DNA of 64,000 nucleotides. It comes from an uncultured virus (IMG/VR IMGVR_UViG_3300043781_000014) (lineage: Duplodnaviria > Heunggongvirae > Uroviricota > Caudoviricetes). A program made the translations under genes and the position numbers. Under the pieces are notes generated by a model. It saw only the letters and a program-made list of their open reading frames with translations. It had not been told where the DNA came from and did no database searches. The stretch is taken from positions 1 through 64,000 of IMG/VR virus record IMGVR_UViG_3300043781_000014, one strand, 5' to 3'. This document shows, in pieces, positions 36,943-48,726 of this stretch. The first letter of the stretch is position 1; each line of letters begins with the position of its first letter.

Positions 36943-37441
36943 TACTCCTGCCCTTAGACAAGAAAATGATTACTATGCAACTCCACCTAGAGCTATTGAT
37001 GATCTACTCAGTAAAGTAGGGTTAAGTCATCATATCTGGGAACCTGCTTGTGGGGGAGGGCACCTATCACATAGGTTATCTGAGTTAGGTTACCAAGTAT
37101 ATTCTACAGATTTAGTAGATCGTAATTATTCACATATGGATAAGCAGTTAAATTTTTTGGAAGCAGTACAGTCTTTTAATGGTGATATTGTGACTAATCC
37201 TCCTTATCGGTATGCAAAGGATTTTGTTCTAAAATCATTATCTCTAATACCTGATAATCATAAAGTGTGTATGTTTCTAAAGCTGCAGTTCTTAGAAGGT
37301 CAAGCTCGTTATAAGGAATTGTTTTCACAACAAAACCTAAAATATATTCTTGTATATAGTAAAAGAATTACTACAGCAAAGAATGGTGACTTTGATACTT
37401 ACCATTCGACTACGGCTTTTGCCCATGCTTGGTTTGTGTGA
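36923..37441 (+). CDS. SAM-dependent amino (N6-adenine-type) DNA methyltransferase-like protein, possibly C-terminally truncated
   Basis: DYYATP, IWEPACGGG, DIVTNPPY, FLEG.R; ends at AWFV*. Confidence 0.7.
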   Translation: METNLSNTPALRQENDYYATPPRAIDDLLSKVGLSHHIWEPACGGGHLSHRLSELGYQVYSTDLVDRNYSHMDKQLNFLEAVQSFNGDIVTNPPYRYAKDFVLKSLSLIPDNHKVCMFLKLQFLEGQARYKELFSQQNLKYILVYSKRITTAKNGDFDTYHSTTAFAHAWFV

Positions 37442-37457
37442 ATAGGAGAGATATAAT

Positions 37458-37694
37458 ATGAATAATAATCAAGCAGGACAACAAAATAATCCGATGAATG
37501 TAGATGCTAATGCACTTTTAGACGATTATAAGAAACAAGTGGGAGATCTTGATTTAAACGTTAAGATTAAAGATATTCAAATTAAAAACTATCAAAAAGA
37601 AAATCAACGTTTGCGGGAACAGGCTAAGTCTTTACAAGATCAAATTGACTTATTAAAGGGAAAAGAGGAAAAGCATACTAAGGATAAGAAGTAA
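37458..37694 (+). CDS. small coiled-coil protein
   Basis: GGAG RBS, heptad pattern. Confidence 0.65.
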   Translation: MNNNQAGQQNNPMNVDANALLDDYKKQVGDLDLNVKIKDIQIKNYQKENQRLREQAKSLQDQIDLLKGKEEKHTKDKK

Positions 37695-37882
37695 TGTTAA
37701 AAGATAAATTAAAGGTTGAACAGGAGCAATTAGACGCTAAGGTTAAGAAGCTAGAAGCATTCCTAACCGATAAAGATAAGCTAAAAGATCTTAAGTTCAA
37801 ACAAATTCAGTTATTGCATAAGCAACTTTCTGGAATGAAAACTTATTTAGAAGCGTTAACAGAACGAATTAAGAACTTATAA
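37694..37882 (+). CDS. small helical-hairpin hypothetical protein
   Basis: TAATG overlap; followed by terminator 37887-37914. Confidence 0.65.
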   Translation: MLKDKLKVEQEQLDAKVKKLEAFLTDKDKLKDLKFKQIQLLHKQLSGMKTYLEALTERIKNL

Positions 37883-37949
37883 TATTAAGGGCAGGTTAAA
37901 TACCTGTCCTTTTTATATTAAAACTAGAATTTACTAAGTAGGTGATATA

Positions 37950-38534
37950 ATGGCAATGGCTGATGGTCGTTATTACCTAGATCGGTGTGCTTTTAGAATA
38001 CTAAATAGTGATGGTTCACAACAAAATCGGTTTGACTTTTCAATCAACCCACAATCAATTCAAGAACAGACACAAGCCCGTACAGCTTATATGAATACTA
38101 AGGACTGGGGAACAGTTCAGAACTTTGGTATGGGTCAAAAGTCAATTACTATTTCTGGTACAACTGGTTGGCAACACGGTTTAGGTATAGATCAAGCATG
38201 GCAATTAAAATCTTTTTTAGACACATATTTAAATAACTATCCAACTGGAACCGAGGATAACCACCCTGTTTTAGTCTTTGATAACTATACTGATAACTAC
38301 TCTTATAAGGTTGCTATTTCACCATCTGGCTATCAATTTAGTCAAGACGTATCGCAAGCAATCCTTGTTAAGTACACAATTAATATGATTGTAGTCGGTA
38401 ACACAGACCAAGCGTCTGCTAGTGATCGTACTAATACATTAATAGGTAGACCCGGTGAGGGTGGGATGACAGATGGTAATATGAGTAATGCTACTAGCTC
38501 TGCGATTGCTAGTTTAAGGAGGGATATAAGATAG
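37950..38534 (+). CDS. baseplate / tube initiator-like structural protein
   Basis: MADG, F.INPQ, ITISGTTG motifs of K-like baseplate genes. Confidence 0.7.
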   Translation: MAMADGRYYLDRCAFRILNSDGSQQNRFDFSINPQSIQEQTQARTAYMNTKDWGTVQNFGMGQKSITISGTTGWQHGLGIDQAWQLKSFLDTYLNNYPTGTEDNHPVLVFDNYTDNYSYKVAISPSGYQFSQDVSQAILVKYTINMIVVGNTDQASASDRTNTLIGRPGEGGMTDGNMSNATSSAIASLRRDIR

Positions 38535-39076
38535 TGACAGGTAAGAATAATTATTTTGACCCAATTACATTAGACGAATACTTTTTATATTCCCTACCTG
38601 ATATTACGTCTGATAATCGTTTAATTATTCCCGAATTGCAATTAAAGACTTTTAATGGGTTAGCTAATCAACCACAACTACAGGTGTCTGAATTAACTAA
38701 GATGTTTCAGTATTATACCTTATCTTATTTACCAATCTTCTTTGGTAAGACACCAGCAGATAGATCTTTTACTAATAAGTTAGCTCATACCAAAATGTTT
38801 TCATATAAGCCGGGGGCGTATAAGTTATTAAATGCAGTTTATCTTGAAATTAGGTCATTAACTTGGCACTTAGATAATGCACCAGATTTAATTCAATACA
38901 TTAGTAAAAAGGATATTGTTCGTATTCGTTATAACTTAAGAGTAATGGCTGACTGGTGTGGAGACTATACAGAGTACTTGGATTTTATTCCAAAGCTAAG
39001 ACAGTTGGAGGTTGACTTAGGTTTTATTGAAAATAAGCTTAATTATATTGTTAATCATTATGGTTACACTAAGTAA
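38534..39076 (+). CDS. baseplate-region structural protein
   Basis: Synteny; YLE...D...IR.N...ADW pattern. Confidence 0.6.
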   Translation: MTGKNNYFDPITLDEYFLYSLPDITSDNRLIIPELQLKTFNGLANQPQLQVSELTKMFQYYTLSYLPIFFGKTPADRSFTNKLAHTKMFSYKPGAYKLLNAVYLEIRSLTWHLDNAPDLIQYISKKDIVRIRYNLRVMADWCGDYTEYLDFIPKLRQLEVDLGFIENKLNYIVNHYGYTK

Positions 39077-39088
39077 GGTGGTGAGATT

Positions 39089-39796
39089 TTGAGTGCTTAT
39101 AAACATTACGTAATTCAAGAGGGAGACACAATTCAGACAATTGCCTTTAAGCTTTATCAAGATATGGAGCAATGGCATACGCTAGTTAACCTTAATCATT
39201 TAGAATATCCATACATTGTTGACACTCCACAAGAAAAGATGGGAAATCCAGAACATCTTTTAACTCGTGGAGATCGAATGCTATTACCTAATGACCAAGA
39301 TACTTGGCAAAGAGCAAGTGAGAATAAGATTATTGAGTCGAATACCGCTCATTATCAACCAGCCTATTATGATACTGTTTTAGGTATGGATCTTGCTTTA
39401 AATGTTAATACTGATGGTCATATGGACGAAGCTTTTGGTATTTTAGACTCAGACGGACACCAACCTAATACTGTGGTAGGAATACAGAACTTAAAACAGA
39501 GTTTAATCTTACGGATTTTAACACGTAAGGGAACACTTTTATTTCACCCCGAATATGGGTCTCTCTTGCCTGATATGCTTGGTAAACAGATGAATAGGCA
39601 ATTGCTCATGGATGCTAAAAATGAGCTTAGGCGTACGCTCACGTCCGATCCACGAGTAAAGAATGCAACAGTAACGTCTGCTAAGATGTCATATACCTCG
39701 ATGTTCTTAACGGCAGATATTACACCAATTGGTTCAGACAAGATTTTTAATCTTTACCTTTACCAATCCGAAAATGGAGAAATTTCAATTAGATAG
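39089..39796 (+). CDS. baseplate wedge protein, LysM-like N-terminus + gp25-like domain
   Basis: YVIQEGDTIQTIA; GIQNLKQSL..R.LT.KG.L..HPEYGS; DPRV. Confidence 0.85.
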   Translation: MSAYKHYVIQEGDTIQTIAFKLYQDMEQWHTLVNLNHLEYPYIVDTPQEKMGNPEHLLTRGDRMLLPNDQDTWQRASENKIIESNTAHYQPAYYDTVLGMDLALNVNTDGHMDEAFGILDSDGHQPNTVVGIQNLKQSLILRILTRKGTLLFHPEYGSLLPDMLGKQMNRQLLMDAKNELRRTLTSDPRVKNATVTSAKMSYTSMFLTADITPIGSDKIFNLYLYQSENGEISIR

Positions 39797-39809
39797 GAAG
39801 TGAATAGGT

Positions 39810-41243
39810 TTGGCAATTGATACTTCAGCAGATACAACTCAAATAGATAAAAATGGTTTTGCTTTTCGGAAAGCCAGTCAAATTATTCAATCAGAAATTG
39901 ACCAAGTAAGAACACATACTGATTTAATTAATGACTTTAGCACTGGTTCGATTACTCGTACTTTAATCGAAGCCGAAGCAATTGAAATTGAAAAACTTTA
40001 TTATTACACATTAGAAAACCTACAGAAGTCGATTGATGACGCAGTAACTTCGGCTTTTGGCTTTACACATAAGAGTGCTACCTATGCTTTTGGTGACGTT
40101 TTTGTTCGACTTAACGGGACTTTACAACAGGATTTAGTAGTAGACCGAGGTACTCGTTTTTATTCCACTAACCCTAATTATGAACAGGTATATAGGACAA
40201 TGGTTCCTTATCGTGTTCCTAAAGGGGCTAAGTCATTTACTATTCCAGTTTATTGTACTGTAATTGGTTCTTATGGTAACATTCCAGATCGGATAATTGA
40301 TCGTACAACTGATATTGGCGGAATTGCAGAAGTTTATAATCCTGAGGCTTTTAATACAGGTGAGGACGAGGAAAATCCACAACAGGCTAAAGTTCGGTTT
40401 AGACAGATGATCCAGTCTTTAGCTCGGGGTACTAGTCAATCCTTAAAGTATGTTGCAGAAAGTGTTCCGGGAGTCGCTGGTGCTAATGTTTATGAATCTA
40501 CCTATGGAGCAGTAGTAGTTTATGCACATGACGCTAATGGTAACTTGGGTGATGATCTTAAACAGCAGATTGCGGATCGGTTAGTTGATTATAAACCAGC
40601 CGGAATTAAGGTCATGGTTTATCCAACTCATAAATCAGTAGTTGCTCTTGACGTTACAGTAAGAGTAGATAATACAGATTTGTTAACTAATGACTTTCTG
40701 GCTTTAATTAAACAAAATCTTGCTAATTATATTAATTCGCTTACTGTAGGTGAACCTCTTTACAAAGCAAACATTATTCAAAAGATAATGGATACTGACG
40801 ATTTAGGTTTACTTGATACGACAGTGGACGTTAAAGTCTATCCAGATAGAAAGATGCTAAATAATCCCGGAATTAGTGATGATACAATTATTAATATCAA
40901 GGGTGCAGAAGTAAAACAACCCTACCTTAGACCTACTGATATTACCCAAGATGGGACTTATGGTATTTTAGGTCGTAAGTCTAATAAGCTTACTGAACAA
41001 GACGGGGTGAGCTGGAAAGATTCTATTGTAAAGGATAAACAACCAGAGCAAGATGAGATTACAGAGGGTTTAGATATAGATGATGTATACCAAACTAATT
41101 CAAATGAAATCTTACGTCTAGCTATTTGTAATATTAAGTTCAAACAAGAAGCTAATGAAGCAGACCCTACAGTTTTAATTAATGACAAAGCACCACAAGA
41201 TGATTCCTTGCCTAGTGTACTAGCTAATGGAATTGGTAAATAG
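39810..41243 (+). CDS. baseplate J-like wedge protein
   Basis: DFSTGSITRTL.EA, G.DEE, ARGT...L, VPGV, YKPAGI. Confidence 0.85.
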   Translation: MAIDTSADTTQIDKNGFAFRKASQIIQSEIDQVRTHTDLINDFSTGSITRTLIEAEAIEIEKLYYYTLENLQKSIDDAVTSAFGFTHKSATYAFGDVFVRLNGTLQQDLVVDRGTRFYSTNPNYEQVYRTMVPYRVPKGAKSFTIPVYCTVIGSYGNIPDRIIDRTTDIGGIAEVYNPEAFNTGEDEENPQQAKVRFRQMIQSLARGTSQSLKYVAESVPGVAGANVYESTYGAVVVYAHDANGNLGDDLKQQIADRLVDYKPAGIKVMVYPTHKSVVALDVTVRVDNTDLLTNDFLALIKQNLANYINSLTVGEPLYKANIIQKIMDTDDLGLLDTTVDVKVYPDRKMLNNPGISDDTIINIKGAEVKQPYLRPTDITQDGTYGILGRKSNKLTEQDGVSWKDSIVKDKQPEQDEITEGLDIDDVYQTNSNEILRLAICNIKFKQEANEADPTVLINDKAPQDDSLPSVLANGIGK

Positions 41244-41255
41244 GAGGTGTAGGTT

Positions 41256-42608
41256 ATGAGTATTGCTAATAACTTACATCCATTATGGAAAGGTGCACTA
41301 AGAGGTTATAATAAACCTACAGGGGAAGTTAATGATGCTCTGATTAATGCACTCCAATATGAGGTAGATCGGGCAGAAGCTAGTATGTATTCGACTAAAA
41401 TTGATTCTTATTTAGATACTGCTAGAGGTGTTTGGCTTGATTACTGGGGTAGCTGGTTGGGGTTGCAACGTCTAAGTGGTGAAAATGATTATACTTATCG
41501 GGAAAAGTTAAAACACCATGTTTTGCATAGTCGAAGTACGAATAACAGTATTAGACAAGCACTTGCTGATTACTTGCATACTAACGTAGGTAATATTTAT
41601 ATTTATGAGCCTTATCGTGATATGTTTATCTGGAATTCTAGCAAGTGGAATACTTATAAGTTTTATCCTTCTACTTATTACCGCTATGCAGTAATTGACG
41701 TTCAGATTGATTCTCCGATTAATACAATTGCTGGTGAAATTATTAATCTATTTAGACCTGCTGGGGTTATCTGGGTTATTACTTCCTTAGTTAATGTATT
41801 AAATACTAAAGCGCCAATTATTGACTTTACTGCTTATGATAAATACAACTTTGTAACCGAAGATGTTGATTATATTGGGTTTACTGAAAGAGACGCTAAT
41901 TATATTCTCCCTAATTTTGATCGAACTATCCATGTAACTGATCCATTTATTTATAACGATAGCTTGTTAAACGGAGGAAAGAAATATTATACTCCCGGTG
42001 GTTTTCATAATATGATTTGGCTTGGTAAGGTTTTAAAGGATTACCAACCAACTCAAACCTTAGATACAGGACAATCAAAATCATTTGTAGAAATGCTACC
42101 ATTACAAGATTATAATGCAATGTCAAGAATTGATAGCTTATCTAAGGACTTTGAATATAATTCCCTAGGTATTGGTGGAGGAATTGATTTCTATACTTTC
42201 TTAGGGGGTAATTTAACTGGTAATACTCCTAAGCAAGCAGTACTTAATAAATTAGATAAATTCCCAATCAAGACTCTTGCTACCTATATGAAAGTTAATG
42301 GTATAGGCAGTAAACAAACAATTCACCCCTATGTATATGACTTTATTAATAATATGTGGGTAAAGTTTTCTGACTATGAATTAAGTTCAAAATATAAGCT
42401 ATACCGAATTAGCTTTAATACATTGAAACCTTACCTTAATAATAATGGAATTATGTATGTTAAGTTTATGTTCGATACTCAGTCTTCCATTTCTGTAGAT
42501 TACTTTGGTTTTGATTATGAAGACGACAGTGTTGGAGTAATGAGAATGGGATCGACTGATGGTCAATTTAAGATGGGTGCGTATACACAAGATCGATATA
42601 ATGATTAA
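41256..42608 (+). CDS. baseplate wedge / tail I-like protein
   Basis: LDTARGVWLDYWG..LG.R..GEND..YR; IYEPY; FRPAGV. Confidence 0.75.
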   Translation: MSIANNLHPLWKGALRGYNKPTGEVNDALINALQYEVDRAEASMYSTKIDSYLDTARGVWLDYWGSWLGLQRLSGENDYTYREKLKHHVLHSRSTNNSIRQALADYLHTNVGNIYIYEPYRDMFIWNSSKWNTYKFYPSTYYRYAVIDVQIDSPINTIAGEIINLFRPAGVIWVITSLVNVLNTKAPIIDFTAYDKYNFVTEDVDYIGFTERDANYILPNFDRTIHVTDPFIYNDSLLNGGKKYYTPGGFHNMIWLGKVLKDYQPTQTLDTGQSKSFVEMLPLQDYNAMSRIDSLSKDFEYNSLGIGGGIDFYTFLGGNLTGNTPKQAVLNKLDKFPIKTLATYMKVNGIGSKQTIHPYVYDFINNMWVKFSDYELSSKYKLYRISFNTLKPYLNNNGIMYVKFMFDTQSSISVDYFGFDYEDDSVGVMRMGSTDGQFKMGAYTQDRYND

Positions 42609-42710
42609 GAGACAGGTTAACCCCTGTCTTTTTAGATTCAACTATATTAAAGCAAGACAAAAGAGACTTTCTAGTATACTAAGAAAGAATAAATTAAAGG
42701 AGTAATTAAA

Positions 42711-43229
42711 ATGGTTGTTAAGTTTACGCAAGCATATATGACAACAGATTATCCAGATGAAAATGGTAACTACTACTATCCTGTATTTGTACCAGAAAAT
42801 GCTCATGTACAGTTACCAATCGTTACTTCGATGCCAGATGCTAGTTTAGGAAATCGTGGTATTCGTTATGATTGGAATACTAATAGCTGGACTGTATCAA
42901 GTGATGACCCACTAATTAAAAAGATTAATACTCTTGAAGCACAATTGAATGGTTTAGTTTCAGCTTCTAAAGGTGATAACAGCACCTCAGGAAATCCTAG
43001 TTCAACTCAACCAACTACCCCTGCTAGTTCTGCTGATAGCTCGTCTACTGCACCTGCAAGTCCTAATGGTAGTACATTATCTAATATGATGAATATGTTT
43101 AATGGAATGAACCCGAGTCCAGCTAACGCAACTAGTCAAGCTCAACCAGCTAGTTCTGACTCTAGCTCAGCAGACGTTAATTCAGTAAACCCAGACACTC
43201 CAGACCCAACAAAGGACAGTGATAAGTAA
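42711..43229 (+). CDS. hypothetical protein with S/T/P-rich tail
   Basis: AAAGGAG RBS; late motif upstream. Confidence 0.7.
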   Translation: MVVKFTQAYMTTDYPDENGNYYYPVFVPENAHVQLPIVTSMPDASLGNRGIRYDWNTNSWTVSSDDPLIKKINTLEAQLNGLVSASKGDNSTSGNPSSTQPTTPASSADSSSTAPASPNGSTLSNMMNMFNGMNPSPANATSQAQPASSDSSSADVNSVNPDTPDPTKDSDK

Positions 43230-43471
43230 TGAGAGCTGAATTTTACGACAATTATTGGTATAACCAGATGTGTGCGGGTTATGAAAAAGGAGTATTTAAA
43301 GAAGAATGGTACATCGATAAGGCTGTAGATTTTGGCTGGATTGATGAAAAAGAGGCACAAGTCTTACATAAGAAATATTTTACAAAACCAGACGATATTA
43401 TCATTCCTAATCCTCCTGCTTCTATTCAACTCTACGTATCTACTACGAGTGTAGAAGTAAGGGGTGAATAG
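43229..43471 (+). CDS. small XkdX-like tail-associated protein
   Basis: Y..G.F....IDKAV.FGWI...EA pattern; TAATG overlap. Confidence 0.55.
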   Translation: MRAEFYDNYWYNQMCAGYEKGVFKEEWYIDKAVDFGWIDEKEAQVLHKKYFTKPDDIIIPNPPASIQLYVSTTSVEVRGE

Positions 43472-43473
43472 AA

Positions 43474-44022
43474 TTGGCAATTGAAACTAACATGGGACAC
43501 GTTCTCCAAGCTATTGATTTTAGCCAAAAACGTGATCTTTATTTTGTATTAGGTCGGGATAAAGACTGGCCGGATCCTTCTAGTCCTAGCCCTGAAAGTG
43601 TAACTACTACTATGATTGAGAATCCATTAGCTGTAGTTAAGGTTGATCGGTTAGTCTTATGCTATAAAACAGACGAACACGTTCCAGATAGTGCTTCGGA
43701 TGGTGACGATTTTGTTATCTATAAGGGTAGCAAGTGGAAGACTATTAGATCAGACCAAGTATTAAGTAATAACCAATTACTCCAACCTGCTAACTATGTT
43801 TGTTTAATTGGTACTTTAGACGTAGCTAAGTTACCAATGTTTAGCTTTACTCAAATCGGTGTAACAGAAGATGTAGCAATTGCAGATAATGCCCCGTCAA
43901 AACATGAAGCACAAAAGCAAAATGTTACTAATTGGGGTAATATGTATTTCTATGAAAATAGACCAATGGAAACATATGGTAATACACAACGTAAGATTAT
44001 GAAGTACATGATTCAGTTTTAG
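43474..44022 (+). CDS. baseplate protein
   Basis: MAIETN..HV; Y.VLGR..W.D...P.PE; FYENR. Confidence 0.7.
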   Translation: MAIETNMGHVLQAIDFSQKRDLYFVLGRDKDWPDPSSPSPESVTTTMIENPLAVVKVDRLVLCYKTDEHVPDSASDGDDFVIYKGSKWKTIRSDQVLSNNQLLQPANYVCLIGTLDVAKLPMFSFTQIGVTEDVAIADNAPSKHEAQKQNVTNWGNMYFYENRPMETYGNTQRKIMKYMIQF

Positions 44023-44057
44023 ATTAAAACTTAAGTAGAAAGGAATGATAAAAGTAT

Positions 44058-47000
44058 ATGGCAGGAACAATTGATGATAGCCAACAACCTTATGGAAACC
44101 ACTTTAACCTCTCTAAGAGATTTTCTAAGGTTTTATTCCGCCCCGGAAGACCTGCACTGAGTTCAGAGTTGCTTGAATTGCAAAGTATTCAAAACAATCA
44201 ACTAGAAATGCTAGGCGATTCTCTTTTTCAAGAAGGGGCTATTATTTCTGGTATGGAAATTATTCCAAAACCAGACCGAACAACAGCAGATACTAAGATG
44301 CCAAACTCATTCTCAGTAGCTAGTTTGTTTGCTAATAATTCTAAGTATTCAACGGGTGGCTATGTTCGAGATGGTAGAATTACGGTAACAACGGAGGGTA
44401 ACTTACCTACTGATGTTCCGTCTATTGACTTTACTGGTAATGTTACTCAGGGGTTAGGTGTAGTAGTAAGTTTTACTATTAGTAAGAACTCTGGTAATTT
44501 AAATAAGATTAATTTAGTGGGTGACGACAGTAAGTTAGAATTAATTAGTTGGACGGTAGATGGGAATACTATTAGTTCTGATATTAATGATTTAGCTAAT
44601 GCTTCTGCTTTAGTTTTGACTAATGGAAACCAAGTTAACCTTAATGATGGCTCACATAAGTTTGTTGTTAAGTACCGTACAAAAGCCTCTGGTTCTGTTA
44701 GCTTTAAACTTGCAATTAATGCTGGTTACGATCCAACTTCTAATACTGCTGAAGTTAATATTGATAAGCTTTATATTGAAGACGGTAATGAAGCTACCGA
44801 TTGGAAGATTAACTCTAAAGACTCTGGTACTGCTTCTGATACTGAACGAATTAAAGATTATACTGTAAGGTCTGGTCGGGTTTACCTAAATGGTGCTGTT
44901 CGAGAATTTGACCAACAAGACTTTTCTATTAAGGGAACAGGTCGAGAAGAAATTGGTTTAAGACTAGATGAAAATATTGTTACTGCAAGTGATGATCCGT
45001 CCTTACTAGATGATACTCCCGGTGCAGTAACTAAGGGTGAAGCTGGGGCAGATCGACTTCATTATAATGTTGCTCTTACCTATCAAGATGCCAGTGCTAC
45101 ACCTTTTGTAGTATTCCAAGATAACGTTCTTAATCAAAGAGCAATTAAACCGGATTACTCTAACCTAGAGCCAATTTTAGCTAAACGTACTTATGACCAA
45201 TCTGGTTCATTCCGTTCTTATGGTTTTGAAGCCCACTTGAGAAAGAATCCAGATCCATCTAAAGGTGCGCAAGACCCAACAGACGCAAACAAGATTTTGC
45301 TCGATATTGATGCCGGACAAGCTTATGTACAAGGTTATAGTATCTCTACTTCTGAACCTACTACAATTAAGCTGGACGTTGCTAATCAATTAGGTACTGC
45401 AACTAACGAAGGTTTCTACTATCGTGGCGATGGCTCAAATTACCAATTAATTAACCAACCGGTTAGAAAGGTTGCTGGGGTTACTTATACGTCACGTGAA
45501 ACCATTAATCATGCACGTGGTGCGGGTAGTGACGTTAAGGATAACTTTACTAGCAAGAATGTTACTTATATCCGTAAAGTTTGGGATAATGCCCATGAAT
45601 ATGAGGAGGGAAAGCATTTCACCTATGTAGGGAATACTATTTACTGGGGTGTTGATCTTAAGGGTATTCCTCTTCCAAATGCTAATGACCTACCTACCCC
45701 CGGTCAAGGATATAACATTACTTATGACTATGCTACTAATGCTAAAGAAGGTACCGATTACCGAGTAGTTGTACAAGATGGTGTTACTTCTATTGATATT
45801 GATAGTATGAAAGGTGCTAAGCCAGTTGCCAGTTCAACAATTAATGTTACTTATAGCTACTTTACGGCTCGGATTGATATGATTAGAATTACAATGGATC
45901 AAGCAAATCCGTTTAAGGTTATTCCGGGACAAGCGGGACCTCTTAATTCTATTACTCCTCCAGTAGTAAATGACCCATTAACGCTTGAACTTGGTTATGT
46001 ATATATTGAGCCTAATTCGCATAATGCTGTCTTTACTATGCAAACCATTACTCGGATTACTTTTGAATCATTACAACAATGGGGACATCGTTTAGATAAT
46101 GCAGAATACAACATGGCTCTTAATTATATGCAATCTGATGTCAAGCGTTCAGAAGACCCAGTAGTATTGAAAGATGCTTTTGCTGATAGTTTTGCTACAA
46201 TTGCTAACCGTGACGACAGTAATAGTAATGTTGCATATGACTTTGAGAATGGTGAAATTTCCATTCCAGCACAAGCTAAGGCAGACTTATCACCTAACAT
46301 GAACAAGGCTCTTTCTAATATTTCATTACATGGTAATTTAGTTCGTCCACCTTATCATGAAGTTGAAGCACTTAGTCAATCTATTGCCACTGGTGTTATT
46401 AATATTAATGAGTTTAATATTTTCTCTGCTAATGGTAATTTAACTATTGATCCTGCTGTTGATAATTGGATTGATAGTAAGACTACTACTGACTTTAAGC
46501 GTGTTGATAAAGGTACGATTAACATGAATAAGTGGTGGAGACACATGAGTGACACTAGCATGGGCTGGTATAATGATGGTCGTACTGCACAGCAACACGC
46601 CATTGATCAAGCTGGTCAAGAGTTAATGCGTTATGGTGGGCTTAATGGAGTTGTTGATACTGGTTCTGGTAACACCTTAGGTCAAACTGGTTGGATGATT
46701 GGTGATGGTGGTACTTCTACTACGGACTCATTAGTCGAATACATGAGATCTAAGAAGATTACTTTTAAGGCTACTAACTTTAGACCTATTAACTGATGGT
46801 TACACAATTACGATTGATGGTACTCCAGTTCAAGAACCTACCCCAGAAAACGACAACTATAAAGGAGCTAAGGCTAATACCTTCAAGACTGATTCTAAAG
46901 GTGAAATTCATGGTACCTTTGTAATTCCGGGTGGATCTATTCGTTGTGGTACTCGTGTAGTTAAGATTGTTAATAATAGTGGTGATGTAGCCTCTACTAA

Positions 47001-48570
47001 CTACACTGCTAATGGTACGCTTAGAACAACTACTAACGTTATTGAAAAACAAACTTATACTGTTAACCTTTGGGATCCGCTGGCTCAATCATTCTACCTA
47101 CAAGAAACGAGACAACTATCGTCTATCGACTTGTACTTTATGACTAAGCCTGCTAGTGCTAATAGTAATGAAGCCCATCGTCCTCAATTAATTGTTCAAA
47201 TTCGGGAATTAGGGGATACTCAATACCCTAATCGAGTAGTTAGAGCAGAGCAATATCTGGACCCAGAAGAAATTCATACTAGTAATGATGGTAGTGTCGC
47301 AACTAGAATTACTTTTGATGATCCAGTTACTCTTAAAGCTAACGAAGGTTATGCTGTTGTTCTTATTTCAGATAGTAACGAATATACTGTCTTTAAGGCT
47401 ACTAAGGGCGAAACTGTTATGAGTGCTGGTAAGTCTGAAACTGGTTACAACACTAACTATCAAGCTATCTATAATGACGACCCACAAGCTACCGGTCAAA
47501 ACTTTGTTATTTCGTCTACTGTTTCTGCTAATGTGGGCGATGTTTTAGGTAAAGCGCCTAACTCAAATGGTGACTTATTCATTTCTAACAACGGTATGAC
47601 TTGGACTGCTGACGGTGCTTCTAGTTTGAAGTTCAGAGTTAACGTAGCTGAGTTCTTAGATAATGGTCAAGTTGTCTTTGATCCAATTATTATGTCTGAC
47701 TTTAACCAATCAGCTAATACTGTTTGGGACAAACGCAGTGACATGGGACCTAATATGGATTGGCATGGTACAACCCCTAATACTTACTTATCGTCTATTG
47801 ATCGTTTAGCTACTTTGACCAACTTCTTAACTTATCAAAACACTGCTATGCACTGGTATATTAAGCTAGTTCAGCAATCAGATGTTAATACCGAAGGTAG
47901 CAATAATTTAACTGCCGTATTGAATAATACACAATGGAAACCATTAGTTGTTAATAATAACAATAAAGTGGTATCTGTTCCGGGAACTACTACTACTACT
48001 GTTCCCAAGATTACAACAAGTAATGATCCACAACAACTTGATGGTGAACTTGCTTTATTCCAAAACACTTATGCTATTCAGTTAATGGCTGAGTTTACTA
48101 CTGATAGATACATTGCTCCTATCTTAACTACTGAATCGTTAAGTTTAGCCTCTATTCTTACTGGTACTAAAGCCCATTATGAATCTATTAACTTAGACGA
48201 GTCTGGTGATGCCTCATTTAACAAGGTTAAAATCCAGTATGACGCTTATATTCCTAATCCGGGGACAGAGGAGTCTTATGTATTACCTATGTATTCAGTA
48301 GATGGTGGTAATACTTGGTACAACTTCCCAGAAAATGGTGGTAAGAGTACAACCCTAAACAAGGAAGCTTCTAGTGGTTCTAAGCCAACCTCAACTAAGC
48401 AAGTTAGTCCTTACTTTACTCGTTATATCTTCCAAGCAACTGTTCCTAATGCAACGGATAAAAACCACCTAGCTACCCAGTTTAAGGTTCGTCTTAACCT
48501 TCATGCTTCTAGCAACTTCAGAAGTCCGAAAGTAAGAAAGCTCAGTGGTGTATTTAAGTACGATGTATAG
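44058..48570 (+). CDS. large baseplate/adsorption protein (DUF4815-like); apparent +1 frameshift at ~46791
   Basis: KVLFRPGRP..ELLELQSIQ, GADRL, LAKRTYDQSGSF, WDPLAQSF. The second frame is open from 46792 to 48570. Confidence 0.8.
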
Positions 48571-48726
48571 CCTTTCTTTGGATAACGTTACACGTAATTA
48601 AATAATAAATTAGAAAGTACTTAGTTTAATTACTAGGTACTTTTTCTTTACCTTAAATATCCTATATTAGAACTAGCACAGATTAGATTTACCTGACTTG
48701 ACTGATAATCAGAGAGGAAGAATAGA

